Notes: a model not told the origin generated them from the letters alone. 25,500 nucleotides of DNA from a virus (IMGVR_UViG_3300049138_000150:1-25500), one strand, 5' to 3'. Counted from the first letter of the stretch, positions 16,484 through 24,925 are shown. Made by a program: numbers and translations.

Positions 16484-18400
16484 GTGCACCCGCCAACGAC
16501 GATCCTCACCGAGAACCAACTCGCCCGCGTCGTCGACTACTTCTCGCGCTACGACGCCCTCACCTTCGACGTCGAATCCATCGGCGAACACCGTGGAATC
16601 CCGGCCCTGAACGACGTCACCTGGATCAGTCTCGCCACCCACGGTGCCTCCGTCGCCATCCCGATGGACCACCCCATCGGCGACCGAGTGATCGACCACG
16701 TCAAGGTCCCCAAGGTCGGCAAAGACGGCAAGACCCGCCACTACAAGACCCCCGTCTGGGAACCGCCCCCCACGCAGCTCCGCCGAAACGTGGTCTTCTC
16801 CGCGCTGAAGCCACTGCTGTTCTCCAGCCGGCGGAAGATCGGCCACGGTCTCGCCTTCGACCTCGCCTCCATCGCCAAGTACTACGCCGGCCAGATGCCG
16901 CCGCCGCCCTACCACTGCACCCTCACCTCCTCCTGGCTCCTGGACGAGAACCGCCTCAACGGCCTCAAACCCAGGACGAAGGCCGAGTACGGCTTCGACT
17001 ACGACAAGGAAGGCGTCGGCAAGCGGGTCGAATCCTTCCCCTTCTCCACAGTCGCCCTCTACTCACGCCTGGACTCCCAAAGCGCATGGCTGCTGAAACG
17101 ACGCCAGGAGCGGCAACTCGTCGAACAAGACCTGCAACGGGTGTGGGACCTGGAGATGGACGTGCTCCAGGTGTGCGCCGAGATGCACCTGGCCGGCGCA
17201 CCTGTCTCCCGTGCTCACTTCGAGCGCCTGCGTCAGGAATTCGGCGAGCAGCTCGAAACCCGTGAAGCCGCCGTCTACAAGGCCGCGGGCAAGGTCTTCA
17301 ACATCTCCAGCCCAGCGCAAAAGTCCGGGGTGTTGTACGCGCCCAAGCGCGACGGCGGCCAAGGCCTCAAACCCACGAAGAAGACACCGGGCGGCGATCC
17401 GTCCACCGACGCCGAAGCCCTGTCCAAGCACAAGGACAACCCCGTGGCCGCCGCGATCATGGCCTACGCGGAGACGTCCAAGCTGGTGTCCACCTACGTC
17501 GACGGCTACCTCGGCACCGCCGACAAGCCTTCCATCATCGTCAACGGACGCATCCACGGCACCATTCAGCCCTACGGCACCGCCACCGGCCGATGCTCCA
17601 GCAAGAACCCCAACATGCAGAACATCCCCATCCGCACCGCCGAAGGTAAGAAGATCCGGCAGGGCTACGTCGCCCCCGAGGGACACAGCCTCATCATCGG
17701 CGACCACGGCCAGGTCGAACTGGTCCTCCTCGCGCACTACGCCGGCGACGGCGCGCTCTTCCAGGGCTTCCATGAGGGCATCGACCCGCACCTCGTCACC
17801 GCCGCCATGATCCTCGGCATCAGCCCCGACAAGGTCAGCCCCGACGAGCGGAACAAGTACGGCAAGACCATCAATTTCTTGATCGGATACGGGGGAGGGG
17901 TATCACTGCTGGCGGAGCGCGCGGGGATCACCCGGTCCGAGGCCGAGGACATCCTGCAAGCACACCGCGCCCAGTTCCCGGAGATCTACCGCTACAAGAG
18001 CCGCTTGATGAAGGCAGCCCGCAGCCGGCCCGACCACCACATCCGCACGCTGTACGGACGCAAGCGTCGCATCCCTGACCTGTCCAGCACCGACTCCTAC
18101 CTCCGCTCCCGAGCCGAGCGCCAACTCATCAACAGCCACATTCAGGGCAGCAACGGCGACCTCAACAAGCTCTCCATGGTCCGCACTCGCAGCCTCCTTC
18201 GCGAGCACGGCTACGCCGGCCGGGCCAGGCTCATCCTCACCGTCCACGACGAGATCGGTGTGGAATCCGAGACCGCCATCGCCGAGCACGTGGCCGACCT
18301 CGTCCGCGACGCCATGATCGGCCCCGACATGCAATCCCTGCTCACCGTCCCCCTCACCGCCGATATTCACACAGTCAAAGATTGGGCCAGCGCCAAATGA
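16484..18400 (+). CDS. polA: DNA polymerase, family A (3'-5' exonuclease + polymerase)
   Basis: Exo FDVES / GHGLAFD / YSRLD; TATGRCSSKNPNMQNIP; motif A DHGQVEL; motif B KTINFLIGYG; motif C VHDEI. GTG 16484 follows GAAAG (ORF track start 16430). Confidence 0.95.
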   Translation: MHPPTTILTENQLARVVDYFSRYDALTFDVESIGEHRGIPALNDVTWISLATHGASVAIPMDHPIGDRVIDHVKVPKVGKDGKTRHYKTPVWEPPPTQLRRNVVFSALKPLLFSSRRKIGHGLAFDLASIAKYYAGQMPPPPYHCTLTSSWLLDENRLNGLKPRTKAEYGFDYDKEGVGKRVESFPFSTVALYSRLDSQSAWLLKRRQERQLVEQDLQRVWDLEMDVLQVCAEMHLAGAPVSRAHFERLRQEFGEQLETREAAVYKAAGKVFNISSPAQKSGVLYAPKRDGGQGLKPTKKTPGGDPSTDAEALSKHKDNPVAAAIMAYAETSKLVSTYVDGYLGTADKPSIIVNGRIHGTIQPYGTATGRCSSKNPNMQNIPIRTAEGKKIRQGYVAPEGHSLIIGDHGQVELVLLAHYAGDGALFQGFHEGIDPHLVTAAMILGISPDKVSPDERNKYGKTINFLIGYGGGVSLLAERAGITRSEAEDILQAHRAQFPEIYRYKSRLMKAARSRPDHHIRTLYGRKRRIPDLSSTDSYLRSRAERQLINSHIQGSNGDLNKLSMVRTRSLLREHGYAGRARLILTVHDEIGVESETAIAEHVADLVRDAMIGPDMQSLLTVPLTADIHTVKDWASAK

Positions 18401-18780
18401 CCATTGAAGTCCCCAGAAGCACGCTCACCCAGGTCCTCTTCGATCTGTCCAGCGGAGACGACGAATTCGTCCGCGACATGATGGACATGTTCGGCCTCCT
18501 ACCACCCAGCGAGGAAGGAATGGAAACCGAACGAAATCTGAGCGACGTGCGCATGAAATGGGCCTCCCCCTACGCCGACCACATCGAAATGATCTCCTTC
18601 ATTGCAGCGAAAATCTCCGTCTGTTCTACTCTGGAACAGCCGGAGGATCCAGACCTGGTCATCGAAAGAATTACGGAACTCGCCGCCGTCATGAAGGCAG
18701 TAGTAACGACCGCCTTCGGTGCGATAGCACAAGCAGAATTTGAGCGAGGGCACACACATTGTCGAACGACTTCTGGCTGA
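18397..18780 (+). CDS. Hypothetical protein
   Basis: ATGA overlap with the polA stop; MTIEVPRSTLTQVLFD...GLLPPSEEG. Confidence 0.7.
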   Translation: MTIEVPRSTLTQVLFDLSSGDDEFVRDMMDMFGLLPPSEEGMETERNLSDVRMKWASPYADHIEMISFIAAKISVCSTLEQPEDPDLVIERITELAAVMKAVVTTAFGAIAQAEFERGHTHCRTTSG

Positions 18781-19175
18781 AGAAACTCGCCGAGGCATCC
18801 GGACGCCTTCCTGGCCGCGCGCCCGCAGCTCAGCAGGCAGACGCGAACCAGCCACCGACACACGCCATGGAATACCGCCCTTGGTGGGACACCACACCCG
18901 TACAAGCCCGCCAGCAGGCCGTCAAACAGCAGCAGACGGCCGAATACCGACCGCACCAAGCGAAGAGCGCTGAACACGCCGGGCACTGCCCACACTGCCG
19001 CTCAGGCAATTACATGCCGGTGCAAACTCACCCGGTCGAGGTATTCCGCTGTTTCGACTGCTCCCCCCTACAGAGCATCGCAGCCGTCCAAAACACCGGC
19101 GAAGCCGCCCAAGCGACCCGCCAAGTCAGCACCGAAAACAATTACAACCCTGGCGTGATCATCGCCAAGGCCTAA
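18759..19175 (+). CDS. Zinc-ribbon protein
   Basis: MSNDFWLKKL, CPHC...CFDC, GAGG upstream of the TTG start. Confidence 0.7.
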   Translation: MSNDFWLKKLAEASGRLPGRAPAAQQADANQPPTHAMEYRPWWDTTPVQARQQAVKQQQTAEYRPHQAKSAEHAGHCPHCRSGNYMPVQTHPVEVFRCFDCSPLQSIAAVQNTGEAAQATRQVSTENNYNPGVIIAKA

Positions 19176-19194
19176 CATACGCGTGGAGTATTTC

Positions 19195-20802
19195 GTGACC
19201 GAGATGTCGGTGTTCGCCGAAACCATTTACCGACAGAAGTACGCCCTGCCCGGCGAAAATTGGGCGGACACCGCCAGACGAGTGGCCACCTCGGTCATGG
19301 GCCCCTACCTCCCTGAACTCGTCGACGACGTCACTGAACTCATCGCCAGTAGGCGATTCATCCCAGGCGGCCGATACCTCTACGCCTCGGGAAAGCCCTT
19401 CCACCAGGTCCAAAACTGCCTCCTGCTCGACGTAGAAGACAGCCGCGAAGCCTGGGCCGACCTCATGCGGCGCGTCACCTCAGGCCTCATGACCGGAGCC
19501 GGCATCGGCGCCGTCTACAGCAAGCTCCGCCCGAAGGACGCCCCCGTCAAGGGCATGGGCGGCACCAGCACCGGACCCATGGCATTGATCAACATGGTCA
19601 ACGAGACCGGCAGACACATCAAGCAGGGCGGCAGTCGCAGATCCGCCATCTGGGCCGGCCTGCACTGGGACCACGACGACGTCTTCGACTTCATCCACTC
19701 CAAGAACTGGTCAGACGACGTCCGCACGCTCAAGGACAGGGACTTCAACTTCCCGGCCGCGCTCGACGGCACCAACATCAGCGTGATCCTCGACGACCGC
19801 TTCTTCGAGGCCTACCACGACCCCGACCACGAGCTTCACGACCACGCCCAGCTCGTCTACTGGCACACCGTCACCAGCATGCTCACCACCGCCGAGCCCG
19901 GCTTCTCCGTCGACGTCGGCGAAAACGCCGGCGAGCACCTGCGCAACGCGTGCACCGAGATCACCAGCCGCGACGACAACGACATCTGCAACCTCGGCTC
20001 CATCACCATGTCCCGCATCGAGGACAAGAAGGAGTTCGCCCGCGTCGTCGAGCTGGCCACCGCCTTCCTGTTGTGCGGCACCATCTACAGCCTCGTCCCC
20101 TACGCCGAAGTCGCCGACACCCGCACCAAGAACCGGCGCCTGGGCCTAGGCCTCATGGGCGTCTACGAGTGGCTCGCCATGCGCGGCCGGCCGTACGCCC
20201 CCGACGACGAGCTCGGCGAATGGCTCGACGTCTACGCCACCTCGACCGAGCTCGCCGCCCGCTACGCCGACCGCCTCGGCATCTCCCACCCGGTCAAAAC
20301 ACGAGCGATGGCCCCCACGGGCACCATCGGCATCCTCGCCGAGTGCACCACCAGCTTGGAGCCGATGCTCGCGGCTGGCTTCAAGCGCCGCTACCTCAAG
20401 GGCGACACGTGGCACTACCAGTACGTTGTTGACCCCACCGCCAAGCGACTGGCCGATGCCGGCGTCGACCCCGACCGCCTGGAGACCGCCTACACCCTGG
20501 CCGAGGACCCCGAGCGTCGCCTCGCCTTCCAGGCATGGTTCCAAAAGTGGGTCGACCACGGCATCTCCAGCACCGTGAACCTGCCGGCACGTGAGAACCA
20601 GAACTTCGAGATCAAGGAATTCGGCGACATGCTCATCGAATACCTACCGCGACTCCGCGGCATCACCTGCTACCCCGACGGCTCCCGAGGCGGCCAGCCC
20701 CTCACCGCCGTCACCTACAAGGAAGCCACCGATTGGGAAGGCTTCGAGTACGAGGAAGTCGGAAACTCCCAAGCCTGCCTGAGCGGAGCCTGCGGCGTCT
20801 GA
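19195..20802 (+). CDS. nrdJ: Ribonucleotide reductase, compact class II (B12-dependent) type
   Basis: PGGR, NC, QGGSRRSA, NACTE, CNLGS, APTGT, ISSTVN, C-terminal CLSGAC. No beta subunit nearby. GTG 19195 follows GGAG (ORF track start 19183). Confidence 0.88.
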   Translation: MTEMSVFAETIYRQKYALPGENWADTARRVATSVMGPYLPELVDDVTELIASRRFIPGGRYLYASGKPFHQVQNCLLLDVEDSREAWADLMRRVTSGLMTGAGIGAVYSKLRPKDAPVKGMGGTSTGPMALINMVNETGRHIKQGGSRRSAIWAGLHWDHDDVFDFIHSKNWSDDVRTLKDRDFNFPAALDGTNISVILDDRFFEAYHDPDHELHDHAQLVYWHTVTSMLTTAEPGFSVDVGENAGEHLRNACTEITSRDDNDICNLGSITMSRIEDKKEFARVVELATAFLLCGTIYSLVPYAEVADTRTKNRRLGLGLMGVYEWLAMRGRPYAPDDELGEWLDVYATSTELAARYADRLGISHPVKTRAMAPTGTIGILAECTTSLEPMLAAGFKRRYLKGDTWHYQYVVDPTAKRLADAGVDPDRLETAYTLAEDPERRLAFQAWFQKWVDHGISSTVNLPARENQNFEIKEFGDMLIEYLPRLRGITCYPDGSRGGQPLTAVTYKEATDWEGFEYEEVGNSQACLSGACGV

Positions 20803-20808
20803 ACATGA

Positions 20809-20851
20809 GAAAGGCCATCAGGGACGATCCCCATCTCCCTGATGGCCTTTC
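20809..20851. terminator. Terminator between nrdJ and the convergent tRNA
   Basis: Perfect 16-bp IR GAAAGGCCATCAGGGA / TCCCTGATGGCCTTTC with an 11-nt loop. Confidence 0.8.
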
Positions 20852-20889
20852 CGTGTGTCTCCGACATCACCGCGATGACGCCGGCCACG

Positions 20890-20965
20890 TGGCGGGAGCG
20901 GGATTTGAACCCGCGGTCTCTGCGTTATGAGCGCAGCGAGGACAACCTAACTCCTCTATCCCGCT
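20890..20965 (-). tRNA. tRNA-Met (CAT), initiator-like, CCA not encoded
   Basis: Acceptor AGCGGGA/TCCCGCC (1:72 mismatch), D stem GAGG/CCTC, anticodon arm CTGCG-CTCATAA-CGCAG, T arm GCGGG-TTCAAAT-CCCGC. Confidence 0.92.
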
Positions 20966-21028
20966 AAGCAGGCTCACGGTCGGCGACCAAATGGTCATCC
21001 CTATATACCTTCCGTGAACCCGACAGAA

Positions 21029-21034
21029 ATTATA
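21029..21034 (-). promoter_or_regulatory. -10 box for the tRNA-Met transcript
   Basis: Perfect TATAAT on the minus strand about 64 nt upstream of the tRNA in GC-rich DNA. No clear -35. Confidence 0.55.
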
Positions 21035-21060
21035 GCCCCCAGTTCACCCAGAGAGAAACC

Positions 21061-21301
21061 AGCAGAAACTGAGTTGGTACTCCTCAACAGGGAGTTAATC
21101 AACCCGTAGCCGCGCCACTTGCGCGGCCATACCCTGAGCAGTACAGGCGATCCGCAAACCTGATAGCCAAGCAGTGAGGCCAGAACCAGTTAGGCGGATG
21201 CACGCAGCCACCAGGTGGCCAGCGCACGTGCATGCCTCAGGGCCCCGAATCCCACGAAAACTGCCAGCTTCGGGGCCCGCCTCAACTTCTTTCTGCTCAG
21301 G
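21061..21301 (+). ncRNA. Candidate structured RNA / recA 5' leader
   Basis: Gap without a credible ORF, filled with nested stems (see findings). Strand inferred from position only. Confidence 0.5.
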
Positions 21302-21311
21302 AAAGTTCGCC

Positions 21312-22379
21312 ATGCCCTTGAACGACGACGCATTAGCGATCGTCGCCGTAATTAACAAGAAATTCGGCGACGGCACCGTGGCGGTAGCCAGCGCCATGAA
21401 CCACTACGGACGCATCACCTCAGGCAGCCTCGCGTTGGATGTCATTCTCGGCGGCGGCTGGGCGACCGGCCAATGGCACGAACTCATTGGCAATGAGTCC
21501 AGCGGCAAATCCACCATTGCCGCCAAGACCATCGCCGCAAACCAAGCCGCCGACCCGAATTTCAGCACGCTCTGGGTCGCCAGTGAGACCTTCGACACCG
21601 AACAGGCCACAGCCATCGGTGTCGACATCGACCGAGTCGCTGTCCTGAGCACGCAAAATATGGAGCTCGCTTTCGAGGCCATCATCACCGGCTGTGCCAG
21701 CCGCAGCTTTGACGCCGTCGTTCTCGACTCCTACCCGGCGCTCATCGCCAAGCCCGAAGACGAGAAGGGTATGGAAGACGCCCACGTCGCCGTCGGCGCG
21801 AGGCTAGTCGGGAAATTCTTTCGCAAGGTCGGCTCGGCCATGACCCGATCCCTCGCAGAATCCGACCGGCCCATCACCTGCTTCTTCGTCAACCAGTACC
21901 GCGAAATGATCGGCGGCTTCAGCCCCTACGGGCCGGCACTCACCACGCCAGGCGGCAAGGCCAAGAATTTCGCATTCTGGAGCCGAGTTGAAGTAAAGCG
22001 CGACGAATGGATCGACGAAGCACGAACCGGCAAGGGCAAAGTCAGAGTCGGCCAAGTCGTCAAAATGAAAACCATCAAGAACAAATCGGCCCCGCCGCAG
22101 CAGGTGGCCACCACCCGACTCTTCTTCAGAGACGCACCAATCCTTGGCTTCTACCGAGGTGACCTGGACCTGGCCGCCGAATACTTCGCCTACGCCGTCC
22201 ACTTCGACATCATCGACCGGCGCGGCGCCTACTACTCCTACGGCGACCGCAAATGGCAGGGCCAGGACGCGCTACTCACAGACCTTCGCGCCGAAGTCGA
22301 CCTCCAAGACGAACTCCGCAAGCGGATCCTCGAAGAGGCCGCCAAACCCGACCGTGAGCGCTTCGGAGCAGCGGCATGA
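21312..22379 (+). CDS. recA: RecA-family recombinase
   Basis: INKKFG, ITSGSLALDVILGGG, Walker A GNESSGKST, VVLDS, NQYRE, TTPGGKA. AGGAAAG RBS before ATG 21312. Confidence 0.93.
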   Translation: MPLNDDALAIVAVINKKFGDGTVAVASAMNHYGRITSGSLALDVILGGGWATGQWHELIGNESSGKSTIAAKTIAANQAADPNFSTLWVASETFDTEQATAIGVDIDRVAVLSTQNMELAFEAIITGCASRSFDAVVLDSYPALIAKPEDEKGMEDAHVAVGARLVGKFFRKVGSAMTRSLAESDRPITCFFVNQYREMIGGFSPYGPALTTPGGKAKNFAFWSRVEVKRDEWIDEARTGKGKVRVGQVVKMKTIKNKSAPPQQVATTRLFFRDAPILGFYRGDLDLAAEYFAYAVHFDIIDRRGAYYSYGDRKWQGQDALLTDLRAEVDLQDELRKRILEEAAKPDRERFGAAA

Positions 22380-22579
22380 AGTACGTCATCCCCGCAGTCA
22401 TCACGCTCATCATCACGGTCGGCGTTGTCATCTGCATACGCATGGTGCTCAACGCAGGTAAGCAAAAGATTTCGCGCAGCAAAGCCAAGCGCGACCAAAA
22501 GCTCATCCGCGACGGCCGCGCGCAGATCATCATCAGCGACGGCAGCGGCGTGACCGTCTCTCCGGAGAAGAAGCCGTGA
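22376..22579 (+). CDS. Small membrane-anchored protein
   Basis: 67 aa, hydrophobic N-terminus, ATGA overlap. Confidence 0.65.
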   Translation: MKYVIPAVITLIITVGVVICIRMVLNAGKQKISRSKAKRDQKLIRDGRAQIIISDGSGVTVSPEKKP

Positions 22580-22905
22580 TCCGCCAGTACATCTCCCTGC
22601 CGATCGTCCGAGAAGCAGTTCAGTGGACCGGCGAGAACGAGATCGAGATCGACAACTTCACCGAAGGCCTTTTCGTCGTCGACGCGGACGCCGAAGCCCG
22701 CATCTTCGACACTCTGCATTCCTCCTGGATCTCCGTGTACCTCGGCCAGTGGGTCATCAAGGGCACCAAGGGCGAGTTCTACGCCTGTGACCGCGAGGTG
22801 TTCGCCTCTACCTACAAGGTCTACGACGAGAAGATCGACGAGCAGAACGCGCTCTTCTCCGAGCTCTACTCCGCGATACGTGACGTCCAGGACGCCGTTG
22901 CATGA
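22576..22905 (+). CDS. Conserved phage hypothetical protein
   Basis: EAVQWTGEN...GQWVIKGTKGEFYACDREVFASTY is a common phage small-protein pattern. Confidence 0.75.
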   Translation: MIRQYISLPIVREAVQWTGENEIEIDNFTEGLFVVDADAEARIFDTLHSSWISVYLGQWVIKGTKGEFYACDREVFASTYKVYDEKIDEQNALFSELYSAIRDVQDAVA

Positions 22906-23342
22906 CAGACGTCTGGATCTTCGATATCGACGGCACCCTCGCACTTAGGGGCGACCGCAAGCCGTACGACTGGTCCCGCGTCGGCGAGGACAAACCCAAC
23001 GCGCCGATCGTCGCTGTGGCCGAGGCGCTGTTGGTGGCCGAGGAACACATCCTCTATGTTTCCGGCCGCTCCGACGTATGCGACACAGCCACCCGCACAT
23101 GGCTTTACGACCACGTCCACGGCACGGCTGTCGCATTCGGCTACGAGTACCTGCTCGAAGGACTCTTCATGCGAGCCGACGGGGATTTCCGACCGGACAC
23201 CGTGATCAAGCGCGAGATCTACGACAGGCACATCGCCGGCAAGTACACCGTGCGCGGAGTGTTCGAGGACCGGAACAGCATGGTCAGGATGTGGCGCGAC
23301 CTCGGTCTGACCTGTCTGCAGGTCGCGTGCGGGGACTTCTGA
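22902..23342 (+). CDS. HAD-family phosphatase (polynucleotide kinase 3'-phosphatase-like domain)
   Basis: FDIDGTLA, VSGR, LFMR..GDFRPD..IK, FEDR....MWR.LGL..LQV..GDF. Confidence 0.88.
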   Translation: MTDVWIFDIDGTLALRGDRKPYDWSRVGEDKPNAPIVAVAEALLVAEEHILYVSGRSDVCDTATRTWLYDHVHGTAVAFGYEYLLEGLFMRADGDFRPDTVIKREIYDRHIAGKYTVRGVFEDRNSMVRMWRDLGLTCLQVACGDF

Positions 23343-23671
23343 TGGGCTGGAACGGTGCGGGCGCGATCTTCGACCCGGTCGCCGATGCGCTCATCGAGTC
23401 GAACGTGGCGCCGGAGGTGAAGCGCAAGGTCCTCGCGACCCTCATCAGGGTCCTGCGTGACGGCGACTGGGACACCCTCGATGAGAGCGCCGATGCCTTC
23501 GCGGACGATCCCGTCATCGTCAGCCTCTTCGCCGAGAACGGCGTCACCCTCCCCTGCGACGCCACCGACGGCCCACCCGGAACGCAGGCGTGCGAACGCC
23601 GGCTCTTCCATGACGGTGACCACGTCGACGCCAACGACAAGAGCTGGTCGAAGAAAGCACAGGACCACTGA
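23342..23671 (+). CDS. Hypothetical protein
   Basis: TGATG coupling; MGWNGAGAIFDPVA...DGDWDT with a C-terminal C..C..H..H tail. Confidence 0.7.
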   Translation: MGWNGAGAIFDPVADALIESNVAPEVKRKVLATLIRVLRDGDWDTLDESADAFADDPVIVSLFAENGVTLPCDATDGPPGTQACERRLFHDGDHVDANDKSWSKKAQDH

Positions 23672-24066
23672 TGGGTTACTACACGCTATTCGAAGATGAA
23701 ATCTCTATCCAGCCGCCACTCGCCTGGAAAGAGATCAAGGACAGTCCGTTCGTCTGCCACAGTCCGCGAGGTTACGTCGATCGCGATCTCAAACTTCGCG
23801 TCGTCGAAGAGGACGTCGATTCCGAGGACGGCACCCTCATGCGTAAGTACGCGGACGCGGTGGTCCCGGTCGCCAATGACAGTTACAAGGGCTACAGCAC
23901 CGTGGAGCATCTGCAGGAGTTGCTCAACACCCACGCCAAGAGCCACTCCTTCAAGGGCTATATCAGCGCTACCGGAGAAAACTCGGGCGACATTTGGCGA
24001 CTGGCCGTCGTGGACGGTAAGGCCGTCAAGATCAAGCCCGAGATCGTCTGGCCAGAAATCCCGTGA
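23671..24066 (+). CDS. Hypothetical protein (DUF6205-like)
   Basis: TGATG coupling; MGY.T.F..EI.I.PPL.W.EI...GDIWR...KPEIVWP. Family label from recall only. Confidence 0.7.
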   Translation: MGYYTLFEDEISIQPPLAWKEIKDSPFVCHSPRGYVDRDLKLRVVEEDVDSEDGTLMRKYADAVVPVANDSYKGYSTVEHLQELLNTHAKSHSFKGYISATGENSGDIWRLAVVDGKAVKIKPEIVWPEIP

Positions 24067-24428
24067 ACAGCTTTTACCATGCCCAATCATGTGCCAGGAA
24101 GTGGGGCGGCGAACCCCAGGACTACTTGAAAGTCCATGAGTTCATCGACAGCTCCAAGAAAATCATCGGCGACGTCCGACACCGCTCGGTCTACCACCAC
24201 ACCCTCGGCGTGTGGCTCTGCCAGGAAATTTTCGGCACCACGCTGACCGTCGGCCGAAAGCAGATCCCCGTCCGCGAAATCGCGGAGCGCCACATCATCG
24301 AGGACCTGGGATGGCTTCCCTCCCCGGCGAACTACATCAAGGGCATGCCCATCGAACCGTGGATGGGCGGCAAGCTCCACAAAGTCATGCCGCTATCCAC
24401 ACTGAACCTCACTGGATCACCGCAATGA
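24063..24428 (+). CDS. DUF6915-like His-rich protein
   Basis: HAQS.A.KWGG...DY...H..IDSSK....D.RHR...HH..G...IAERHIIEDLG. Confidence 0.75.
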   Translation: MNSFYHAQSCARKWGGEPQDYLKVHEFIDSSKKIIGDVRHRSVYHHTLGVWLCQEIFGTTLTVGRKQIPVREIAERHIIEDLGWLPSPANYIKGMPIEPWMGGKLHKVMPLSTLNLTGSPQ

Positions 24429-24925
24429 CTGACAGCAAGGAATTCCTTGGCCTTCCCGTGCAAGGGGACGTCAACAATTGGAACACCCGTCGCACGCAGC
24501 GGACGATTGAGGAATTCGCGCCTAGCTTGCAAGCCGTCCTCGACGACCCCACCATCATCGAGTTCGGCTGGGAACAGTACACCCCACACTTCAACGACGG
24601 TGACGCCTGCATTTTCAGCGTCCACTACCCGATCTGGTTCCGCACCACCGCTGATAAGGACGTCGACGACCTCTACAGCCTCGACATCGACGAAAATCAT
24701 CCGAGCCTGGGCAAGATGAGCTACACCTACGACGCGCACACGCACAAGCGCATCGGTAAGACGTACGAGGGTCCGGACGAGGCACGTTTCAACCGCTGCT
24801 CGGAGCTTCAGACCGCCCTTTTGAGCGGTGAATTCGACGACGTCCTGCAGAACGCGTTCGGCGATCACGCCGAGATCACCGTCCGCAAGGACTACATCAG
24901 CATCGAGTCCTGCTCACATGACTGA
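24425..24925 (+). CDS. Hypothetical protein coupled to the DUF6915-like gene
   Basis: ATGA overlap; WEQYTPHFNDGDAC.F and FGDHAEIT...HD motifs. Confidence 0.72.
   Translation: MTDSKEFLGLPVQGDVNNWNTRRTQRTIEEFAPSLQAVLDDPTIIEFGWEQYTPHFNDGDACIFSVHYPIWFRTTADKDVDDLYSLDIDENHPSLGKMSYTYDAHTHKRIGKTYEGPDEARFNRCSELQTALLSGEFDDVLQNAFGDHAEITVRKDYISIESCSHD

Noticed and set aside
21061-21305. Cobalamin riboswitch, hammerhead, RNase P or group II intron domain V identity for the structured region
   Set aside because: No B12 box or GGGAA core and it lies downstream of nrdJ; no CUGANGA core; AGGAAAG is better explained as the recA RBS; no catalytic triad context.
21174-21311. N-terminal extension of RecA given by the ORF track (and similar extensions for DnaC, primase, PolA and MTase)
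   Set aside because: Downstream starts have RBSs or stop-start coupling and match where family similarity begins.
16484-22379. Inteins or introns in polA, nrdJ or recA
   Set aside because: Proteins are compact with contiguous motifs; no intein C...HN signature or frame interruption seen.
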